Below, piece by piece: positions 38,947 through 52,657 of a stretch of 64,000 bases of DNA. The stretch's first letter is position 1; every line of letters starts with the position of its first letter. Source of the DNA: Patellaria atrata CBS 101060. Taxonomy: Eukaryota. The DNA is taken from the NCBI GenBank assembly GCA_010093705.1, contig MU006089.1, positions 3,064,061 through 3,128,060 on the forward strand. The letters run 5' to 3'. The translations under genes were made by a program, and so were the position numbers. A model generated the notes under the pieces. It made no database searches, was not told the origin of the DNA, and saw only the letters and a list, made by a program, of their open reading frames with translations.

Positions 38947-41937
38947 ATGGCGACAAAGAGGAAGCTCGCCGCGATGGGCCCAGGCGATGATGAACCCGTC
39001 GACCCATCCGATGAGCTGTCTTTTGTATGCTTGGGCGGAGGGAATGAAGTAGGACGATCGTGCCATATCATACAATACAAAGGAAAGACAGTAATGGTAG
39101 GCATCACTCTGACCTTCACAAGAACCTTGAGCTGATCGATCATGTTTGATAAAAGCTTGATGCTGGAATGCATCCCGCGTACGAGGGATTAGCTGCCTTA
39201 CCTTTCTACGATGAGTTTGACCTCAGTACAGTAGACGTCCTCCTAATCAGCCAGTGAGTTGTTTTCATCTTCTTACTTGGCTATTACTAGCGACGGACAT
39301 CACATATCAGAGATGGGACATGACCTTGTTGGGTTGGAGGATTTCAATATTATAGCATTTTGGTCTGATAATGCGGGCCATAAACATCATTTGGAATAAG
39401 GAAGCAAATAAATATATCCCCATCTTGTATATCAGAAACAATGGAAACACTTTTGCTTCTCATTCTCCGATGATGATTGTGCTCTTGATTGTCCACGTCG
39501 TCCGTCATATCCAGATCATGTCCAGTGGAGTATCTCTGTGCGTTTTGTTTGACGTAAGCTAATCCAGTATCCTTACAGTTTCCACGTCGATCATGCTGCC
39601 TCTCTACCATATGTGCTTGCGAAAACCAACTTCAAGGGCAAGGTGTACATGACGCATGCTACAAAAGCCATCTACAAATGGATCATCCAGGACAGTGTCA
39701 GGTTGGGGAATGCACAATCTTCCTCCGAACAAAAGGTCCAACTATACACGGAAGCAGATCACCTTGCAACATTCGACAGAATAGAAGCTATCGGCTATCA
39801 CACCACCCATTTCGTATCCTCCATACGTATCACACCATATCCTGCAGGTCATGTTCTAGGAGCAGCAATGTTCCTTATTGAAATTGCAGGTCTAAACATT
39901 CTCTTCACAGGCGATTACTCCCGGGAACAGGACCGCCATCTTATCTCCGCAGAAATTCCCAAGAACGTTAAAATCGATGTTCTAATCACAGAGAGCACGT
40001 TCGGTATCTCATCGCACATCCCTCGATTAGAGAGAGAAGCAGCGCTCATGAAATCGATAACGGGGATTCTGAATCGAGGAGGACGAGCTCTTCTCCCAGT
40101 GTTTGCCCTTGGCCGTGCTCAGGAACTACTCTTGATTTTGGAGGAATACTGGGGGAAACATCCCGAATATTCTAAGTATCCGATCTACTATGCATCAAAT
40201 CTAGCACGGAAATGTATGACCATCTACCAGACCTTCATCGATTCCATGAATGATAATATAAAACGCATGTTCCAGCAGAAGATTGCGGACTCGAGCAACG
40301 ACGACCAAAGCAGGGGCGGTCCATGGGACTTCAAATACGTCCGTTCGCTCAAGTCTCTGGATCGATTCGACGACGTGGGAGGTTGCGTCATCCTAGCCAC
40401 ACCGGGTATGATGCAAAACGGAGTCTCCCGCGAACTTCTCGAAAGATGGGCGCCAGACCCAAAGAACGGAATCGTCATGACCGGCTACAGCGTCGAAGGC
40501 ACAATGGGAAAGCTCATCATGAATGAGCCGGACCAGATTACCGCAGTCATGACCAAGCGTACGAACGTCAACGCCCGCGGTGTCGGCCGGGAAGGCGAGC
40601 AGATCCTGATTCCCAGACGCTGTAGCGTGCACGACATCAGTTTCGCGGCCCACGTTAGCGGCGTCGAGAACAAAGACTTCATCGAAGAGGTCGCGGCGCC
40701 CGTCGTCATCCTCGTCCACGGCGAAAAACACAACATGATGCGCCTGAAATCCAAGCTCCTCTCCCTCAACTCCGACAAAGCCCTGCCCGTAAAGGTTTAC
40801 TCCCCAGCCAACTGCGAGGACCTCCGCATCCCCTTTAAAACAGAAAAAGTCGCCAAGGTCGTTGGCAAGCTCGCCTCCATCCCGCCAACCCTCGCATTCC
40901 GCTCCAAAACCTCCCCCGAGAGCGAAGCCTCTGAATCGGTAGAGGAACACCAACCGCAAATCATCCAAGGCGTTCTCGTCCAGAACGATTTCAAAATGAG
41001 CCTCATGGCGCCTGAGGATCTCCGCGAATACGCCGGCCTCTCCACCACGACGATCATGTGCCGACAGCGCATCACGCTCTCCGCGGCCGGCGTCGCCCTA
41101 ATCCACTGGGCGCTCGAGGGCACCTTCGGCGCCGTGTCCCAAACGACCTTCAAAGATGAGGCCGTCAACGGGAAGAGAGAGGCGCCGACTAACGGCCACA
41201 GGGACGTCGCGGACGAGGAAATCTCGCGCGAGACAACGGCGTTCAAGGTCATGGATTGCGTGACTGTGAAGTGCGGTCCGGCTGGCGCGGTGGAGGTGGA
41301 GTGGGAGGGCAACATGGTGAATGATGGCATCGCGGACGCCGTGTTGGCCGTTTTGTTCAGTGTTGAGAGTAGTCCTGCCGCTGTGAAGCGTGAGTTTTTC
41401 TTTCCTCTTATTATCCCTTTTGCAATCCACCCACAAAAAGAAAAGAATGAAAAAAAAAATGAAAAAGCTTCCTCATACTCACACCATCCCAAACAGCCAA
41501 TTAACACCACTAACAAACCCAACCCAGAATCCTCCTCCAAACAAACCCACTCCCACATGCACTCCCCATCCCTTTCCCCCCCCGGGGCCCAAAAACCAAT
41601 CCAAAACCCCCACGCTTCCCCCTCCCCCTCAACGCGGCTCAGCAGACTCTGCATGTTCCTTGAAGCGCAATTCGGGTCCTCCGCCGTATCGCCTATACCT
41701 CATCCCCGCATTTCCAATCCCTCCTCTGACCCCTCTAACCCCGACGAAACAACCGAGCTCAAGCGCCTGCACGCCCTCGGTATTCCGATTCCAGGTATTT
41801 TAATAAAGGTTGATAAGCAGGAAGCGCGGATCTGGCTTGAGGAGTTGGATGTTGAGGCGTCCAGCGCCGTGCTTAGGGAGAGGGTGCGTGCGGTGGTTGA
41901 GCGGGCGGTGGAGGTTGTGAGTCCGATGTGGGGATAG
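38947..41937 (+). CDS. YSH1: CPSF73/Ysh1 pre-mRNA 3'-end endonuclease (MBL + beta-CASP)
   Basis: Exons 38947-39096, 39156-39253, 39579-41389, 41528-41937. [60 protein letters not shown]. Confidence 0.95.
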
Positions 41938-42604
41938 TTTGGGGCGTAAAGGAAGTAGAGTGAGGATAAAGGAAGAGGATGGCGAAGGCGGATGGGGTGG
42001 ATATGTACCGGGACGAACGGGGAGGGTTGGGAGAACTTGGGCCGTCGGTCAGTGGAGATTTCAAGATTTGGGATGGCGGGAGCAGGATTGCTGGGTTAGC
42101 TAGATGGGTAGTTAGGTAGTTTGGCTCTTTGAGCAGGGTGTATCGTTTAACCTAAGGTAATCTACTTTACATGTGCATGTTTCCTAAACCTGTGGTGAAC
42201 CTAAACTTTTAAGGGAATGGGAAGAAAGGGAAGTCGTGGTCTGAAGGCACAGCCCTGACACCAATTCCAATCCTCTAGTGTGATAAACCGTGATAAACCG
42301 TGGTCCGTGCCATATTTTCCGTTTCCGTCGTCCATAAGTCCGTCCAAAATTGATTAGGGGTGAAAGGGAATATCAGGAAGAAAGTGGTAAGTACAGATAA
42401 AAGGAAAAGGGGATGAGTGAAGATCCGAAGGAAAATTGTAAAAGTACAAATCGCCACCATTAAAGAACCAATTAGGACTTATCCGACCAATGCTTCATCC
42501 CAATGTAGGTCGTCCATGCTGACATGTGTATATTTGACGAGAAACATCGCGAAACCTTTCTAGAAAGTACGATACTACGTGGAATAGCTATGCGTAGCCG
42601 TTTC

Positions 42605-44514
42605 TCAAGGAGCGTGAGCTGGCATATTGACGCCGGTACGGTAATGGAGGATCCTGTAACCGACACTATAGAAAATCATCGGTTTTAAGTTCGACCTAGT
42701 GGTAGGGATGAAAACTTACAACTTGCCCAACTTGGATCCAACTTTTTTGACATCAGCTTCTAGCTCGAAGCCGAACCCATTCATCCACTCGGTGATACAA
42801 TCAGCCCAAAACACGTCGTTGTCGTCGTAATGAAGGAAAGCGATGATGCTATTGAGAACTCTCTTTCCACCTGCGCAGAGATGGGTACCTTCTCCCACGA
42901 ATTCATAGCCGTTTCGAAGGTCGTACATAGGATCGACGAGGTATAAGAGACGATCGAGTAGGCATCGAGCAACACCTTTCTTTAGATATTCAGGATGGAC
43001 GAACAATTCCATCTCGGCCGTATAGCGGAACATGGGATGTTCGCGGGGAAACTCATTGGTATAAGCGTAGCCCACGATTTTCTCCGGACCACGTGGACGA
43101 CGGTTGTTTGGGCCTGTAGAGATTTTCTTCTCGACGGCCACAATGAAGGTGAGACCGGCATCCTTGAGAGCTTGTAGGCTACTGGCCATGACATTGATTG
43201 GGCGCACTTGGAATTCGGGTGCAAAGACACTGTTGCGGATATACCAGTTATAGATGTCCACAACTTGGGTAGCGTCGCCAGGTTTGTACTCGCGGAGATA
43301 GATGTTGACAAAAGGTTTTACCTGCGTGGCTCTTGGATCTAGTTGGAGCTTGTCAAGCTCGACCTTCAACTCTCTGGCGTTCTTGAAGGAATCATAATAT
43401 GCCTTCTTCCAAGCCTTCCTCCTTTCCTCCTTCAAGGTTATCTTCTTTGACGCATGGCGGCTGCCGAGATCAGCAGCGGCTAGTTTACAGCTAATTTCAT
43501 CAACGGGATCAAGTTTTGCATCAGGAACGTTGATCGGCTTCAACATGCTAGAGTTCTGGGGTGTAAACATGGTCCACCAAGGTTTGTCAAATTGATTTTC
43601 TTCGTCAAGATCTAAGGAGTCCAAATAGAGATCGGACTGAAGATGTCTGTCCCACCAAAGCTGTGTATCTTCAGCGTCAATGTCGGTTGGGATCCACTTC
43701 CGAACTACGACCTCGCCCTTGACTGGGTCGAGAAGCTGCTCCGTAGTAACGCGCTCGTCTCTATCTTTGTCCGGAATCCAGTCTGCAATGTTCCGGAAGA
43801 AGTTCTTGGACTTGTAGGTATTCCTGAATTCCCAATCGACGGGAGCAGGGAGCCAGTCGCCATTCCAGTCAACGAGATGGCCCAACGGGTTTGTTTCATC
43901 GTAGTATGCGTCATCGGCACTTGATTTAGCGGTCTTGTCGCCTTCGTTTCCGGCCTTTTCGGCATGTTCACGGATCTCCTTATTTGTGGGCCACTTATCC
44001 GAGCGTGGGTTTGCCTTCGGCTTGCATTTACCGTTCCTAGCCATCGTGTTCGGTTCGGTAGACGCTGCTGTTTGGGTCGAAATGATGTCAATCGGGTTTT
44101 GAGTGATGATGATGGGATTCGAAGTGCTCAGCAGGTCTGTGTCCTGATGAGAAGGAATGGGAGCACCACCGTCACTGACAAAGGTAAGGTAGATGATGAT
44201 TAGATATGCCAACCACACAAACGATGGGAAGTTTTTGATCGAGTGACTTACTGAGCAAATGACGTCTGCTTCGACGCTGCTGCAGCTTGAGCTTGAGACG
44301 GAATATTATCACCCGGCCTGCCTTGTCTTTAATACTTTTAATTCCATTAGTAAGGTGCAAAACGGTTTACTTACCGCTCCTGTGATACGAATTTGGAGTT
44401 TTCAGAATTAGAAACGTCCATCTGATCATCCAATTCGATGTATTTTACGTTCCTCAAATGAGGAGGAATCCATACAGCTCGCGGTCGCTCTTGCCTGCTT
44501 TGTTTGGCATTTAC
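42605..44514 (-). CDS. GNAT-family acetyltransferase-domain protein (5' end unresolved)
   Basis: Main exon 44174-42720, last exon 42665-42605, small upstream exons (WIPPHLRN). Motifs LVDWNGDWLPAPVDWE, IYNWYI, IVGYAY, ELFVHPEYLKKGVARCLLDRL. Confidence 0.75.
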
Positions 44515-45432
44515 CTGGGGGTTATCCTCTCTGTTTCATCCGATGCGTTAGAGTGAGTTCTGGAGGTGGTAGTGAAGTAGATATAAGTAAGGTAAATATA
44601 CGGTATGTATGATAGATCATAGTGAAGGTAAAGTAGATATAGCTATCATGAACCGGTGTCATTGATGCCTTATCTATTGTCCATTCTGAGCTGCTATAAA
44701 CTTATTTATTTCTCTTACCTCAAATTTGCAACAGCCCTGTGATGATCTCGGCGAGAGTGATGATGGTTAACATCAATCGGCAACTGATCAGGCCTTACAA
44801 TATAGCTTTTCGGATGCGTGAAAATCAGGCTCTCGTGTCTGTCTTTCGTTCTACTTGCCTAGCCATCTTGCGTCAAGCTGTAATCGGATTTTTGAGTTGC
44901 TTCTGCTTATGTCTTCGCTTCAGGTCGAGATTTGAAAATGGTTTCGACAAGGCAGCAAGAGATGTCGCTGACTGACTTTCTCAGGCGTGCGTCGTTAGAA
45001 TGTGCTTGATTTTCTGCTACTCTTGCTCTTTTCTATACCTGGACAGACATCCGATGTTGTTGTTGTGCTTAGGTTAGAGGAGGTTGAGAGCAAAACAAAC
45101 CGAAAGCTCGGATAGATGTTGGTTGACTAAGGTGTGGAAGGAGCGAAGGGAAGGGTTGCAACTTCCATTTAAGTTGTTCGTGAATCTTCTTTCATGTGAC
45201 TCAAGAATACCGTACCTTAAATTACGCCCGTTTGTACCTTAGTGCAACCTGCAAGTGAGGAAAGTCAAGAAATTGTTTGATCTGAATATCACGCTGAATT
45301 AGGAAGTCGTGACTTTTACCTCTACCTTACCTTAGGCCTGCAGCGGGAAGCAACACCTCCTCCACCTCGTTGATATCCTTAATTTTCTTACACCTCCTAA
45401 TTTCTAAGAGGCCAAATTCTATATACAATAAT

Positions 45433-46227
45433 ATGTTGGCCATTTTAAGAAAAGCACGTCTAAAAGACAAGGAGATGAGAGTGTTGATGTTGGGATTGGA
45501 TTCTGCTGGGAAGACGACAATATGTAAGAAGATGCTCAATGAAGATATTACTGGAATTTCTCCTACTTTGGGATTCAACATAAAGACTATAGAATATGAA
45601 GGGTGAGTAATCGGCTTACAGCTACTTACGTACAGTGATGACAACTAACGCCATGAGAAGATACAAGTTAAACATCTGTACGATTTATCGATAACTTCAT
45701 CTTTAATCATCTCGACCATTCTAACCATCTCGATGCATCAGGGGATGTCGGAGGGCAGAAGACACTCCGTACCTACTGGAGGAATTATTTCGAAAAGACT
45801 GATACTCTTATATGGGTTGTTGATGCCACCGACAAAGACCGACTTGACGATTGTCGTACAGAGCTCAAAGGGCTCCTTCAAGAAGAAGTATACAACACCC
45901 TCAACCATCCATCAAGCAGTCATTGAGCAGCTGATTGTTGCTCTCCAGCGTCTGATGGGGGCGAGCCTTTTGATCTTCAAGAACAAGAGTGACATCGAAA
46001 GTGCTATGAGTGATGATGAAGTTCGAGAGGTGCGACTTGTCACTTGTCCAGCCCCTCAAGTCCCTTTTTGCCTAATGATTAATGATGCGCTACAGGGCCT
46101 CCAACTTGATTTCATCAAAACTCATCATTGGACTATCGTAGCATGCAGTGCTATCACCGGTATGAATCTGCAGGAAGGTTTGGCCTGGGTTGTAGCAGAT
46201 GCTAAAGAGAGGTTATTTCTCTATTGA
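45433..46227 (+). CDS. ARL2: ADP-ribosylation factor-like GTPase Arl2 (Cin4/Alp41), 181 aa
   Basis: Exons 45433-45602, 45661-45677, 45742-45887, 45949-46029, 46096-46227 (546 nt). [43 protein letters not shown]. Confidence 0.95.
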
Positions 46228-46710
46228 TTTGACTCTGCTCCGCCTGAGGATTTCTCTCTTGCTACGGAGGTATATTCTCTTAGACTCAGCTATACAGGCA
46301 AGTGAAGATTAAAAAGTAGTTTCATTAATTGTCCGTCATTATGTATACAGCAAGTGTATTGGAATAAGAAGGGATGACGTTGTGGAAGCAGTAGCGCTAA
46401 AATCATCCATAGCTCCATATCACAACTGTCTATAGTTTTAACAACTCCGTTTTAAAATGCTATTTAGAGTTGAATATTTGGATGTCAATGTTGTTTTCTT
46501 ATTTATGAGATATTGATTGTTATATTTACATGGTTGTATGATTATGATACTATATTAGAACTAGTCGAGAATCGATAAGAAGTTGTACTAAGATTTCGGG
46601 CTTCGTGTACCTCGCATAAGCGTACTAAGTTCTTCATTGTTTACACCCGCATCGAAACTGCGGGAACACTGTCTTTACAGTCTTCGCACGCATTTATTAA
46701 GTCAAAAGTC

Positions 46711-49700
46711 ATGTCGGACAACGGTATCGATCCCTCAGAGTTCGTTGCCAGGATCCGCGAATTGGGGGAAAAGCGTGATGAGGAAGATGGTAGGGGCCAG
46801 CTCTTATATGCTCTGAATTTGACATGTCTGATTACTGACGCGACAAACAGCTGAGAGATTTCGCCAACTCGAAGAGCAAATTAACGAACGCAGAGCAAGA
46901 AGAGCGGAACGAGCCCGTTCATATTCACCAGAAAAAGCTTCAGCTTCCTCAACCCCTCGCTCGATTCGCTCTCCCGCTGAGGTGGAAGTCACAACAAACC
47001 CCACCACAACAGACGCACCTGAACCTACGCTCACACCATTACAAAATTCATTGATCTCCAGTGATATAGCAGACGAACCTGTAAAACCGTCTAAAAGCCC
47101 TTCGGTCCCTCCAAAACGCTCTGGCACTCTGTCCTGGCAACAGAGGCCAAAATCCTCGGCTGGACGAAGGCCATTGTCAATGGTAGCAACGGAAAATCGC
47201 GCAGCGCGTTCACCTCGAGCCACACCCGATCCTACTGCAAATGATGAACTAGAACTATCCAGAGATCAGATTGCACAATCATTAAACGCAAAGGATCCTA
47301 CATGGTTTAAACAGACTGCAGACAGGGGGGTCAGTTCAGCGGCATATAGGAAAAATCAGGAGGACATTGGTTCAGAAAACGAGTCAATATCTAGCAGAAG
47401 ACAGCTTCCAGGAATGTCTCGACAATCTACAGAAGAACCTTCAAGCCCTCCACCAGATTACGTCCGCTCCAGCTCGCCTTCGCGCGCAAGCTCAGTTAGG
47501 GGCAGCACTTCATGGAGTAATCGGGTCTCAACCACAACAGCTCACACTTCACTGGATGCTCGTTCACCTTTGCCACTGCTTGATTCACAAAAATTCACAC
47601 CTTCCGAAGCAAGTTCTTTGACCGCCCAGACTGAAGAATCCGGCTTTGGACGATTAATTGCCATGTCACCTTCCCAGGGTCGCATATCACCAACGCGTCC
47701 TGCGTCTCCTACGAAGGGCATGGGAGGATTTGTCCAAAGCGCCATGTTAAAGAGGTCGGATAGTGTGAGCAAGAGGTGGAGTGCTCAAGCTCCACCAAGT
47801 CTTAGTCGACAAGATTCTATAGCTAGTAATCGCAGCACGGCGTATGGTGGATTGACTGGATCAATGAGCACGCCCAAGGTGGATACACGTCCCAGCGGTC
47901 TAAGTCGGGGCAACTCGTTGGAGCCTAGTTCTCGCCCTACCTCAAGTCACAGTAACGCGACTTTGACACACGAAGCAACAGAACAAACGGCGAAGAGTCC
48001 TGACGATATATTTGCCAAGCCAACGCGCCCACACCACTCGCGTGCAAAATCCGTCGCGAACTCAACTTCGAATCCTCCAAACTCTGACGAAAAATCCTCA
48101 GAAATTTCACCACCTAGTCCATCAAAGCGATGGAGTCCAACTAAGTCTAGCTGGCTAGAAAGTGCGTTGAATAAGCCTAAATCACCGAAGTTCAGGATGG
48201 CGCCACCACCGCAACCAAGTTGGATGACCAAAATCAACGAAGCCAAACAGCAGAGAATGAGTGCTAGTCGAGAAGGACAAGCAGATCAGAAAGAGGTGTT
48301 CCCGACCGCTAAAGTCACAAAACCGAAATTTGAATCTTCTAGCAAGACGATGACACCCACACCCACGTCAAAACCAGTGCAGTCGAACGTGGACGCCTTT
48401 CTCAGGGACTTTGATACCAAAGAAAAGAAAGACTCTCCTTCGGTTGTTGGAAAGCCTCTTTCCCCTTCTCCTAAAGCTGTGACGCCAGCTTTAGAAGAGA
48501 AACGAGAATCTCGCGTCTCTGGTCACCAGGATGCTCCATCTACCACAAATCCAGTAACTTCACCTCATGTGCCCGAGGCCATCAAAACTGAAGCAACAAC
48601 CTCTCCGATAGAGTCGAAACTAGACGCCAAGCGGGAGCTAAAGATCAAAGTTGAGCTACAGTCGAAACCAAATCCAGAATTGAAATCAAAACCCGAAATG
48701 AAGCCAAAACCAGATACACTTCCGAAGAGAGACTTCAGATCCAATCTCAAACCCCGACAAGAGCCTGCTTTGACCAGCCAGAAAGAAGAATTGGAATTTC
48801 GGAGTGTCTTTGGCAAGCTGAAGCGTACGCAGCCACAAAACTACAAAGCTCCCGATGAACTGAAAGATAACATTCTACGTGGCAAGTCGGGCTTGACAGT
48901 CACTGGCGGTCCCAAGAAGACAGAGCGTAGAGATGAGCTAAAAGAGGATCTGCTCAAACAGAAAGAGGCTATCAAGGCCAAAGTTTCTGAGTCTGGGACT
49001 GCGGCAGGCAAGAAAGCAGAACCTGTAGAAGCTCTCACTCCAGAAGCGCTAGCTAGAAGGAAAACCCTTAGTAAAGCAGATGTTGCCACACCTTTACCTC
49101 CTACGTCCACCGAACCTTTAGTTCCTCGCAAAAATGCGCGGCAGCAGCCAAAGATGCAGAATCTCGAAGCTGATTTCACCTCACCTTTAGCTTCTACGTC
49201 CACCGAATACTTAGTTCCACACAAGAATGCGTGGCAGCAGGCAAATTTCCAGAATTCCAAAGCAGGTGTTACCTCACCTTTACCTCCTACGTCCATCGAA
49301 CCTTTAGTTACGCACAGCGATGCGTTGCAGCAGTCACAGATGAAATCACGACAGGAAGTTTATCACCCGGCAATGTCAAGTAAGCTGGCTGAACGATTCA
49401 ACCCAGCTTTGGCAAATATCCTTGCACGTGGATCTCTTCCTGTTACCAGTCCACCTCAATCACCGACTCCTCCCAAGCCTAAATCACCTAGTCGAGCAGA
49501 TCCCTTCGATAAGCCATCCGCGTCCTCTGCAGAGTTAACGCATATGACGAAAGCTCGAGCTCGTGGTCCGAAGAGACGTGCTCCAGGTAAAGCTGCAACA
49601 ATTGCAACCTCGAAACCGACGGATGAAATACGAATTTCATCAGTGTCTCTTGTGAAAGATAAGGATATCCTTCCAAGCTCATCGCCTAAGACTACGGCTT

Positions 49701-52081
49701 ATGGTCAAGGTACTCAAGGTGAATCAGTTGCTTCACGTAGAGTATCTGGAACACCATCGAAATCTTTGGATAAACCCAAGCCCTCTACACCTGCGAAATC
49801 TCCGTCGCTCAAAGACATTTCTACACTCTCACCGAGTTCCGATAAACCAAAACCTGCGACTCCCGTGAAATCGCCTTCCTTGAAAGATATTTCCACTTTC
49901 TCACCTTCAGACGGCTCGGAAAAGCCAAAGCCCACTGCTCCAGCGAAGTCTCCTTTGTTGAAAGGTGTGTCTATGTTCTCTACTTCAAACAATACAGATA
50001 AGCAAAAACCCATAACTCCAATAAAACCGTCTTCATTTAAAGATGTCTCAATGCAGGACGAGCACGAGGTTACTTCAAATAGTCCATTCTTAACTAAACC
50101 GTTCACTCCAAAGTCAGGCATTAGACCTCTCTCAGAGAAGCCGATCCAGAAATTCGACGGTTCAACATCTTCTCCACCTGTACGTGATCGGCTCAAATCC
50201 ACCGATCTACGAGAGGTATCCAAAGATGACAAACTCCCGTCTGATCATGACAACTCAGCCTCAGAGCTGGGTAATGTCTCAGTGAAAGGAGCTGCTGCGA
50301 TGTGGGGGCGCCAGGCTCCTACGGCTGGTAGCAGTGTTCGTGCAAGATCACCTATCAAACTCCCAACAAAGTATGACGAACAAACTGCGGCAGAGAATGC
50401 TGGGCTGACTTCCTCAAAGGAACATACTCCCGATAGAACAGTAGGTCTTGGTTTGAGCCGTATGAGTGCTGGTGCCGATTTGAGTTGGAAATCACTCGGC
50501 GAGACTTGGCCAGGCCGATCGTCGTTACCAAATAGTCCACCGTTATCTCCTTCACCGAAGACGGTATTAGCCTCCGAACCCACAGCAGCTCCCGAGCATA
50601 ATATCATATCTCCTGAGCCCGGTACTTCCTTCAATGCACGCACAACTTTTTCCAGCTCCCCCGCTTTCGAAATCTCACAAGCCCGGGATATAATCTTCTC
50701 TTTCTTCGATACTCACCCAACCTTCACCGGCCCTGAGATCGACCCCGAGACCCTCTTAATTTCGAAACCCGCAGACACACCTAAAATCGAAACCATCAGC
50801 AGCACGATTCGCGAAGTCTCAGGTGAAGGTAAATTAACCCCGATGCGATCTCACGAAGAGCACATCCTCTATTCGGACATCATGTATCTCTGCACGCACG
50901 TCTTCACTGACGCCCAAGGCACCAAGACCACGGAAATATATTTCTGGCATGGCAATGACGTTCCCTTGCACCGTTTTGAGGACGTGCAGATTTTTGCTAG
51001 ACGAGAAGCTGTAATGCACGGTGTCAAACTCATCAGTATCGAACAGGGCAAAGAACCTTCAAACTTCTTCCACGCACTGAGAGGTATCGTCGTCATACGC
51101 ACAGGTCCTCGCCAGGACACCAACCGGCCATACATGCTGTGTGCACGCCGCCACATGGGACACATCGTCCTCGACGAGGTCGACTACGTCCTGGACAATC
51201 TATGTGGAGGGTTCCCGTACATCGTCTGCCCCGGCCCACACACGAACGTATGGCTCTGGAAAGGCCGCGGCGCCCACATCGAGGAAATAGCAGCCGCAAA
51301 GCTCATCGCGAGCGACGTCTCAGGAGGCGAATTCAAAGAGACAACCGACGGCGCCGAACCATACGACTGGCGCGTCAACTTTCCCCCCCTCGACTCCCCA
51401 TCCCTCCCCGCTCAGGCCGACTACTGGAACCTCAAAGCCCACACAGACAAATACACCACGCGTCTCTTCCGCATCGAGCAGACCTCCCGCCGGAGCACCG
51501 CTCCCACATTCCAAGTCCCCTCCTTCCTCTCTTCGGGCCTGAACGCCCTCCGCCGCCCCAGCTTTCTGGCCTCTTCCTCCCCGTTCTCCTCCCCAACGAG
51601 GACCATCCCACCATCTCCTTCCCCCTCCCGTCTTCCACCCCAACTCGACGGCACCACCTCCTCCCGTCCCACAACCCCTCCCCCGTCCTCCCCCCCGCGT
51701 ACCACAATCTCCGAAATCGTCCCGTACGCGTACGCTGACCTTACGCCCACCAGCATCCACATCCTCGACGCTTACTTCACGCTCTACGTACTCGTCGGGC
51801 CCCTAGCTCACCCCCACTCCGCCGCCTTCGCGCAGGCGCTGCGTTTCGCGCAGGAGTACGGGATTTTGGCTGCTGGGGTGCAGGATCGGCCAAAGGTGCC
51901 GCGGGGTGTGGTTGTGTTTGGGGGATTGGTGAGGGAGGCGGGGTTTGCGTTTCGGGGAGTTGTGGGGAAGGGGGGCATTGGGGGCACGGAAGCGCTTATG
52001 GCGGGGAAGAGGAGGGGAAGGGAGGTTGTTGTTGTGGGGGTTGCGGAGGCGGTTGGGGTGGTCAGGGGTGCAGGTGTTTAG
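46711..52081 (+). CDS. Large Ser/Pro-rich protein (DUF4045-like N-terminal region) with C-terminal gelsolin/villin-like repeats, ~1770 aa
   Basis: Exons 46711-46789 and 46851-52081. Conserved blocks KDPTWFKQTADRG, SPTKGMGGFVQSA, KSSWLESAL, LTHMTKARARGPKRR; C-terminal IYFWHG, QGKEPSNFFHAL, VWLWKGRG, ILDAYF. Confidence 0.82.
49070..49345 (+). repeat. 93-nt (31-aa) coding tandem repeat x3
   Basis: SKADVATPLPPTSTEPLVPRKNARQQ / LEADFTSPLASTSTEYLVPHKNAWQQ / SKAGVTSPLPPTSIEPLVTHSDALQQ. Confidence 0.85.
49765..50050 (+). repeat. ~24-26 aa coding tandem repeat x4 (DKPKP-TP-KSP-LKDIS)
   Basis: Visible in the translation of the 1699-aa ORF. Confidence 0.8.
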
Positions 52082-52657
52082 GGGGGTTTTGGGTAGGGGT
52101 GGAGATTTTTTGCTTGTACTATAATTTTCTTTTGCGTGGGATTTGCATGTTTGGTGGGAGGGTAATTGGGTCGGTTTGTTTTCGTATAGGATGCAGTGGG
52201 ATGGGGTCTGGCGGGCTTTTCTTTGTGGAGGTTCTGGTATCGGATACGCGTATCGCGTACGTATGGCGTCAACTCGACTGGATTGAAGCAGGGTAGAGAA
52301 AATGTACTGGAATCATAGGTTGTATATCACTTTAAAACACCGGTTGAGTGTGTCCGTATGATGACGTTCGGGCATAGTTCGCAGTTCAGCGTACCATCTC
52401 CCTTATCCCATACAACACAGTCAGAGACAGTTTGAGTCAGAAGAACAGCAAGCCACGACCCCGCGAACAGGGCAAGGTGATAATATTGATATGTTCCTAT
52501 TTTACGCTCATCTATCCAACGCCCTGGAATCCCCAATCCCCCTTTTACTACCCGAATATCGGGGAGCCACAAGCGCCATCACATGCAATGCCAAGTTGAA
52601 AAACCATGCACATCCCCCCCAACCTCCGACTGTTGAAAGTCGCTCCGTCCTACAACC

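Noticed and set aside
39292..39523. Switch-like complementary segments in the YSH1 intron (GACGGAC/GTCCGTC, GGACATGA/TCATGTCC, AGATGGG/CCCATCT)
   Set aside because: A few 7-8 bp matches are expected by chance in 325 nt; covariation evidence is needed.
39470..39560. Box C/D snoRNA in the YSH1 intron (ATGATGA near 39470)
   Set aside because: No downstream CTGA box within the intron and no recognisable rRNA guide.
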